NCBI GenBank assembly: GCA_964388035.1
Contig: CAYLZE010000084.1
Span: forward strand, 1-22,535
Source: an uncultured archaeon
Lineage (GTDB): Archaea; Asgardarchaeota; Lokiarchaeia; Sigyniarchaeales; SOKP01
Reading direction: 5' to 3'
Length of the DNA: 22,535 bases
Shown here: in pieces, positions 17,296-22,535 of the stretch
Layout: each line of letters opens with the position of its first letter
Position numbering within the stretch: position 1 is the first letter of the stretch
Notes under the pieces: generated by a model
What the model saw: only the letters and a program-made list of their open reading frames with translations
Database searches by the model: none
What the model was told of the DNA's origin: nothing
Translations under genes and position numbers: made by a program

Positions 17296-18711
17296 ATGAA
17301 ACCTTCTTGTCTCACCATTGCCGGATTTGATCCCTCCTCAGGTGCAGGAATCAGTGCAGATCTAAGAACTTTTGATCGAATTGGGGTTTTTCCATTTTCT
17401 GTAATAACAGCTATCACGTACCAGTCCATGAGGGAGTTATATGGATATCATCCTTTATCGAAAGAGCAAATAATAAGGCAAATAGATGCTGTTTTAAAAA
17501 ATTACCCTGTAAAGCATGTAAAAATCGGCATGATTCCTAATGCAGATAGTTTGAAGGTCATTGTTGAGAAACTAAAGGAATATAATCTCACGGCAGTCTT
17601 GGATCCCGTAACCATTTCTAGTGCGGGAAAACGATTATCAGAGATAAATCTGGAGGATCAAATAAGAGAAGAACTGCTTCCTCTTATAACGGTAATCACC
17701 CCAAATTTGAATGAAGCACGTCTGTATTCGAAAATGGACATTCCTTCAAAACAATTAAATAAAGATAATGTTAAGAAGATGGGACTCAAAATTCTTGAAA
17801 AAATGTTTGATGAGAGAAACGAAACAGAACCATTGGACACTATAAAAGCAGTAGTCATAAAGAGCGCTTTAGAAACAGAACATACCATGATAGATCAAGC
17901 TTTTATTGGAACAATGGTAAATCAAACTATCGAGAGAGAGGTCGTAACTCATGAAAAGAATAAGGTAAAGTTTGAAGGCAACATCCACGGGACGGGATGT
18001 GTTTTTTCATCCGCAATAGCGGCTTATTTAGCCCAGGAAAATTCAGTAAAAGCCGCAATCACCTTTGCAGAAGAATTTTTTAATCTACACTTTCAAAATT
18101 ACATAACTTTTCCTGATATGGGCAAAACACTGGATTTATCTTTTCCGGAAGAAAAAGTTGCGATAATAAACCAAATAAAAGAAATCTATAATTTTATATC
18201 GAAAATTAAGAACTTCAGTAAATTAATCCCCGAAGTGAGAATGAATATTTCGGGGGCATTGCCCGATGCTAAATCAAAATTTGATGTCGCGGGTATTGAA
18301 GGCCGAATCACGATTATAAATGGATATCCTCAAGCTTGCGGTGAAATTAAATATGGGGTTTCAGATCACACTGCAAGGCTGCTATTAAATGCTCAACAAT
18401 TTGATGCATCCATAAAATTCGTGATGAATTTAAAGTATGATCCTAAATTGGTTGAACTATTACTTGAAAACACCGATTTAAATTTGCAAGAAATTTTACG
18501 GGAAAGACAACCAGAGGATATAAAAAGTAAAGAATATTCGACCATGCAATGGTTAATAAAAGAGAGTGTCGAAAAAATGGGAAAGATTCCCGATATTATT
18601 TGGGACAAGGGTTCTCCGGGTAAAGAACCCATGATTCGATTGTTTGCCAAAAGTGGTCCAGATATTATTTTAAAATTAAAGAAAATTCTGGGATTTGTGG
18701 ATTCAATCTAA
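17296..18711 (+). CDS. thiDN: Bifunctional HMP/HMP-P kinase (ThiD) - thiamine-phosphate synthase (ThiN) fusion
   Basis: [37 protein letters not shown] and HGTGC (ThiD). [18 protein letters not shown]-x-S-x-H-x-AR and [19 protein letters not shown] (ThiN). ATG 17296 is preferred over TTG 17272. Convergent with thiC. Confidence 0.9.
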   Translation: MKPSCLTIAGFDPSSGAGISADLRTFDRIGVFPFSVITAITYQSMRELYGYHPLSKEQIIRQIDAVLKNYPVKHVKIGMIPNADSLKVIVEKLKEYNLTAVLDPVTISSAGKRLSEINLEDQIREELLPLITVITPNLNEARLYSKMDIPSKQLNKDNVKKMGLKILEKMFDERNETEPLDTIKAVVIKSALETEHTMIDQAFIGTMVNQTIEREVVTHEKNKVKFEGNIHGTGCVFSSAIAAYLAQENSVKAAITFAEEFFNLHFQNYITFPDMGKTLDLSFPEEKVAIINQIKEIYNFISKIKNFSKLIPEVRMNISGALPDAKSKFDVAGIEGRITIINGYPQACGEIKYGVSDHTARLLLNAQQFDASIKFVMNLKYDPKLVELLLENTDLNLQEILRERQPEDIKSKEYSTMQWLIKESVEKMGKIPDIIWDKGSPGKEPMIRLFAKSGPDIILKLKKILGFVDSI

Positions 18712-18731
18712 CTCTAAATTTGCACGATACT

Positions 18732-20039
18732 TCAACATCTTTTTTTTTCTAGAGCTTCTTTTAGTAATTTAATAGCACAAAACTCTCCACACATGCTACA
18801 AACTTCGTTTTTATCAGTACTCCCATCTCTGGTGTGCACCTTTCTTGCCAAATCAGGATCGATGGCTAATTGTATCATTTTCTCCCAATTTAAATCCTTT
18901 CGAGCAAGATCCATGTCCTGGTCCCATTTGGAAGCAGCGTTTCCATATCGGGAGATATTCACTGCGTGAGCGGCTATTTTTGAGGCAATGACCCCTCTTT
19001 TAACTTCTTCTAAATTAGGTAATCCCAAGTGTTCGGATGGTGTAACATAACATAAATAATCGGCTCCCGCCAATCCTGCTAAAACACCCCCAATCGCACT
19101 AACGATTTCATCATAACCAGGTGCGATATCAGTGACTAAAGGTCCCAAAACATAAAAAGGGGCTCCATCACACAAAGATTTCTGTATTTTTATATTTCTT
19201 TCCACCTCATTGGCAGGGATGTGCCCGGGACCTTCAACCATGACCTGAATATCCTTCTCCCATGCCCTTTTTACTAACTTGGAAATTTCCAACAATTCTT
19301 GTATTTGCGCATAATCCGTGGAATCCATGATACCTCCGGGTCTCATGCCATCTCCAAGAGAAAGAGTAAAATCATATTCTCTTGCCATTTCAAGTAAATA
19401 ATCGTATCGTCTATTGTAGGGATTTTCTATTTCATTTTCCAAGATCCAAGCGGAGAGAAACGTTCCTCCTCGGGATACAACACCCATTGTGCGAGGATGG
19501 TCTATTAGATAATTAACAATCTCTTTAGTAACTCCCACGTGGATGGTAAAAAAATCTACTCCCTCCTTGGCTTGCTCTTCCACCACATTAAACATGTCAT
19601 CTTCGTCCATGTGGATGATAGCGCCTTTCTTTTCCAAGGATCTTAATGCTGTTTGATAAATAGGCACAGTACCCAAGGGTACCTTTATTTCTCTTAAAAT
19701 ATTTTTCCGAATATCTTTTATATCTTTTTCGGTAACTCCCGTGCTCAGATCCATCACGGTATCTGCCCCATATTTTACAGCAATCCGTGCTTTTTCAAGT
19801 TCATTTTCTATATTGCATACCCTCTTGCTTGAACCTACATTTGCGTTGATCTTCACCAGCAACCCTTCACCTATGCCTATTGGAGGATTTAATTCCCTCT
19901 CATTTGATTTTGGAACGATTATTCTTCCCCTTGCAATGCCTCTACGAATGAATTCAGGATCTTTATCTTCGTTTTTAGCGACTACTTCCATTTCTCGGGT
20001 AATTTTTCCTTCTCTAGCACTTTTCATCAATGTAGCCAT
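18732..20039 (-). CDS. thiC: Phosphomethylpyrimidine synthase ThiC
   Basis: KINANVGSS, GADTVMDLST, GTVPIYQ, GVDFFTIH, VSRGG, SLGDGMRPG, MVEGPGH, PFYVLGPLVTDIAPGYD, LCYVTPSEHL, and C-terminal CSMCGEFC. It is adjacent to thiDN. Confidence 0.95.
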   Translation of the reverse strand: MATLMKSAREGKITREMEVVAKNEDKDPEFIRRGIARGRIIVPKSNERELNPPIGIGEGLLVKINANVGSSKRVCNIENELEKARIAVKYGADTVMDLSTGVTEKDIKDIRKNILREIKVPLGTVPIYQTALRSLEKKGAIIHMDEDDMFNVVEEQAKEGVDFFTIHVGVTKEIVNYLIDHPRTMGVVSRGGTFLSAWILENEIENPYNRRYDYLLEMAREYDFTLSLGDGMRPGGIMDSTDYAQIQELLEISKLVKRAWEKDIQVMVEGPGHIPANEVERNIKIQKSLCDGAPFYVLGPLVTDIAPGYDEIVSAIGGVLAGLAGADYLCYVTPSEHLGLPNLEEVKRGVIASKIAAHAVNISRYGNAASKWDQDMDLARKDLNWEKMIQLAIDPDLARKVHTRDGSTDKNEVCSMCGEFCAIKLLKEALEKKRC

Positions 20040-20252
20040 ATTATTTCGATACCTTTCAAAAATCTATCATTTATTAAGTTTAAATCAATACCTACTACTC
20101 AATAATTATAAGTAATATAATAATAATATTTGGTATAATAAAAAATAAGACGGAACACCATTTAGATTTATTTTTATATCTTAATTTCTAACTTTTAATC
20201 CGTTTCATTCGAGAAAAAGAAACTTATATTCTATTGTAAGAATTAACCCCTA

Positions 20253-20954
20253 TTACGGATCTTTCCACCACTTTGGATAGTCTTTCTCTTCTTTACCATC
20301 TCTATAATAGAAAATCAATTTATCCCTTGTTAATTGAAGGATAAATCCCTCGAGATATTGTATCCAATCCTTACATTTTGCAATCCCTGCCCAATAGAAA
20401 AGGTAAGTGAGAATGTGTAAATCATGAGACACCAAAATATTAACTTCTTTTGGCTTTACCGATTTGGAAATTCTCATTATTTCTGAAAAAGTTCTTTGAG
20501 CAACTTGAACAGCAGGTTCAATATGCTCCGAGGGGTATTGACTCCCGGTCCAGAATTGCATGAATTCTCTATTATCACGTCCTATATATTCAACTATTTT
20601 TTCAGAATCACCATTAATTTTCAACAAGGTTTCCATTTCACCACCATAAATTGTCTTCCCATTTTTAGCTTGGATGCCTTTTTGAATGCATTGACTAGTC
20701 TCCCTACATCGCTCCACAGAGCTGTGATATAAGTGATAAGTTAAATCTTCTGGCAAACTATTCCCAAATTCAAATGCAGCTTTTTTTCCTTGTATAGTTA
20801 AGGGAGCATTTAATACATCCATGATATCTGGTGGTTCTTCCCGTTCCGAATGACGGATTATAATGAAGGTCGGTAATTTATAATCCAATTCCCTAAGAAA
20901 GACAACGATATTTCGAGCTGGTTCTCCCCATGGCACTTCAGATAGAATACTCAT
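20253..20954 (-). CDS. Histidine phosphatase superfamily protein (phosphoglycerate mutase-like)
   Basis: IIIRHS (RHG variant), PLT-x-x-G, HSS-x-x-RC-x-ET, LVSHD. Confidence 0.88.
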   Translation of the reverse strand: MSILSEVPWGEPARNIVVFLRELDYKLPTFIIIRHSEREEPPDIMDVLNAPLTIQGKKAAFEFGNSLPEDLTYHLYHSSVERCRETSQCIQKGIQAKNGKTIYGGEMETLLKINGDSEKIVEYIGRDNREFMQFWTGSQYPSEHIEPAVQVAQRTFSEIMRISKSVKPKEVNILVSHDLHILTYLFYWAGIAKCKDWIQYLEGFILQLTRDKLIFYYRDGKEEKDYPKWWKDP

Positions 20955-21091
20955 TGTTTTTTTCCTATTGATAATTTAATTCTTTTTAGAAAATATGAGA
21001 CACGAATTTTAATGGAAGAAGTAATAAGTAATTTACAATAATAATTTAAATAAACATTAAATAAAATTTGATTTTTTAATAGGTGGCATTA

Positions 21092-21991
21092 ATGGTCAGT
21101 AAAGGAATGCAATTTGTTTTAAATATATTAACTGAGCAAAACAAAAAAGCAATTGAAAAAAGAGTTCAGGAATCAAGAAAGGGGCTAGAAGATCTAGCAA
21201 AAATGGTAAAAGTGGCAAAAGATATAAAGGTTGAACCTATTGACGCGGAAGGCGTACCCGGAGAATGGATAATCCCCCCAGAATGCGAGGAAGATAGAGT
21301 GATATTATATTTACATGGCGGATCTTACATGAGTGGTTCATTAAATAGTCATCGAGAATTGGCATCTCGAATAGCAAGAGCTTCAAAAACTAAAGTTTTG
21401 ACAATTGATTATAGATTGGCTCCAGAACATCCTTTTCCTGAAGGTTTGGATGACGCCACTAAGGTATATAAGTGGTTAATCCAAAAACAGAACTTCAATC
21501 CCAAGAATATAGTGATCACGGGAGATTCTGCGGGAGGGGGTCTAACACTGGCAACTTTATTGAATCTCAAGGAGAAAAAAATCCCATTACCCGCTGCTGG
21601 AGCATGTTTATCTCCTTGGACGGATTTAGGACTCACGGGAGAATCCTATAGGACTAAAGAAAAAGTAGATCCAATGGTCACTCCTGAAGGATTAAGGTTT
21701 GAGGCAAAATTATATTTAGGAGCCAATGACTTTAAGGAACCATTAATATCCCCGCTTTATGGCAATCTAGAGGGCCTACCGCCCTTATACTTACAAGTAG
21801 GGACTAATGAAATTTTATTGGATGATTCAGTTCAATTTGCAGAAAAAGCAAAAAGGGAGGGAGTAGAGGTGACTTTAGACATCTGGGAAGATATGATCCA
21901 TGTATTTCCAGCTTTTGCGGCATTCGCATCCGAAGGACAAGAAGGGGTCGAAAAAATAGGAGAATTCATTCGAAATATCTTCAAATTATGA
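21092..21991 (+). CDS. Alpha/beta hydrolase, HSL family esterase/lipase
   Basis: YLHGGS oxyanion motif, DYRLAPEHPFP, nucleophile GDSAGG, LSPW, E-x-L-x-DD, MIHVF. ATG 21092 follows the SD-like AGGTGG at 21081-21086. Confidence 0.93.
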   Translation: MVSKGMQFVLNILTEQNKKAIEKRVQESRKGLEDLAKMVKVAKDIKVEPIDAEGVPGEWIIPPECEEDRVILYLHGGSYMSGSLNSHRELASRIARASKTKVLTIDYRLAPEHPFPEGLDDATKVYKWLIQKQNFNPKNIVITGDSAGGGLTLATLLNLKEKKIPLPAAGACLSPWTDLGLTGESYRTKEKVDPMVTPEGLRFEAKLYLGANDFKEPLISPLYGNLEGLPPLYLQVGTNEILLDDSVQFAEKAKREGVEVTLDIWEDMIHVFPAFAAFASEGQEGVEKIGEFIRNIFKL

Positions 21992-22000
21992 TTTTTTTTT
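21992..22000 (+). terminator. Oligo-T (T9) terminator candidate after the esterase gene
   Basis: T9 immediately follows the TGA stop, in a convergent intergenic gap. Confidence 0.5.
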
Positions 22001-22061
22001 CTTATTCTTATTCTGCGTTGTAAATGTTAAATTAAAAGCAATGAAATTTAACGAAACTTAA

Positions 22062-22532
22062 TTACTCGAAGCCAATTTTCAATTCTCTCAATAGTTCAAT
22101 CAGCGAATCCGTCAAATTATAATTCTTTAAATCCTCAAAAGCCACGAATCTCGCTTCTAAGGCGTCATCATCCGCTTTAGGAGGTTGATCTGGCATTCCT
22201 TCAATTTGTTCGACAAAGTAATTTAATAAAACATAATGATATTCAACTAATCCCGCCTCATCTTTCATAATTTTATTGATGATTCCCGCTAATTTTTTGA
22301 CCTTCATTTTAATACCCGTTTCTTCATATCCTTCTCGCTCTGCTGCTTTTTCAACCCTCTCTCCTAGTTCCACATGTCCACCTGGGATGCTCCAATAGCC
22401 CGCATCAGGATTGAATTTTCTTTTAATTAAGAGTAAATTGCTGTTTCTTATCAAAAGGATACCAACGCCCACCTGAGGCCTTACAGGGTAGTGCCTCGTA
22501 TCATATATCGTTAATTCTTCTCGATCTTTCAT
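22062..22532 (-). CDS. Nudix hydrolase
   Basis: Nudix box GGHVELGERVEKAAEREGYEETG, P-x-VGVG, WSIPGG, HYVL. The start is at the window edge and could extend further upstream. Confidence 0.92.
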   Translation of the reverse strand: MKDREELTIYDTRHYPVRPQVGVGILLIRNSNLLLIKRKFNPDAGYWSIPGGHVELGERVEKAAEREGYEETGIKMKVKKLAGIINKIMKDEAGLVEYHYVLLNYFVEQIEGMPDQPPKADDDALEARFVAFEDLKNYNLTDSLIELLRELKIGFE

Positions 22533-22535
22533 GAT

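Noticed and set aside
18732-20039. BzaA/BzaB/BzaF (benzimidazole synthesis) instead of ThiC
   Set aside because: It is adjacent to thiDN and no cobamide genes are nearby, so ThiC is more parsimonious. A phylogeny would settle it.
20040-20252. TPP riboswitch upstream of thiC
   Set aside because: The region is extremely AT-rich with no CUGAGA or other TPP aptamer core and no stable stems visible.
1-22535. CRISPR array, IS/transposase, integrase or prophage
   Set aside because: No regularly spaced repeats, terminal inverted repeats with a transposase, recombinase or viral genes were seen.

Overview
AT-rich archaeal chromosomal window with about 17 protein-coding loci. No rRNA, tRNA, CRISPR array or mobile element was recognised. 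The gene set points to an Asgard archaeon, most likely Lokiarchaeia (inference): an HMf-type histone, a Roadblock/Rab-like GTPase fusion, a RING-H2 protein, an SCP2 protein, multi-PAS histidine kinases and a tungsten-type AOR. Metabolic genes are a CocE/NonD hydrolase, aor plus a MoaD/ThiS-like gene, leuB, thiDN, thiC, a histidine phosphatase, an HSL-family esterase and a Nudix hydrolase. The most notable observations are: (1) a three-domain Roadblock + Rab-like GTPase + degenerate second G-domain protein with a non-canonical G3 (DIGA), head-to-head with a RING-H2/coiled-coil/TPR putative E3 ligase; (2) a beta-grasp protein downstream of aor whose C-terminal Gly-Gly is replaced by an aromatic/acidic tail; (3) a 4xPAS histidine kinase split by one in-frame TAA inside a PAS motif; (4) a histone with paired substitutions at both L1/L2 DNA-contact residues; (5) a stand-alone 7TM protein. 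All domain calls come from motif recognition by eye; no searches were run.
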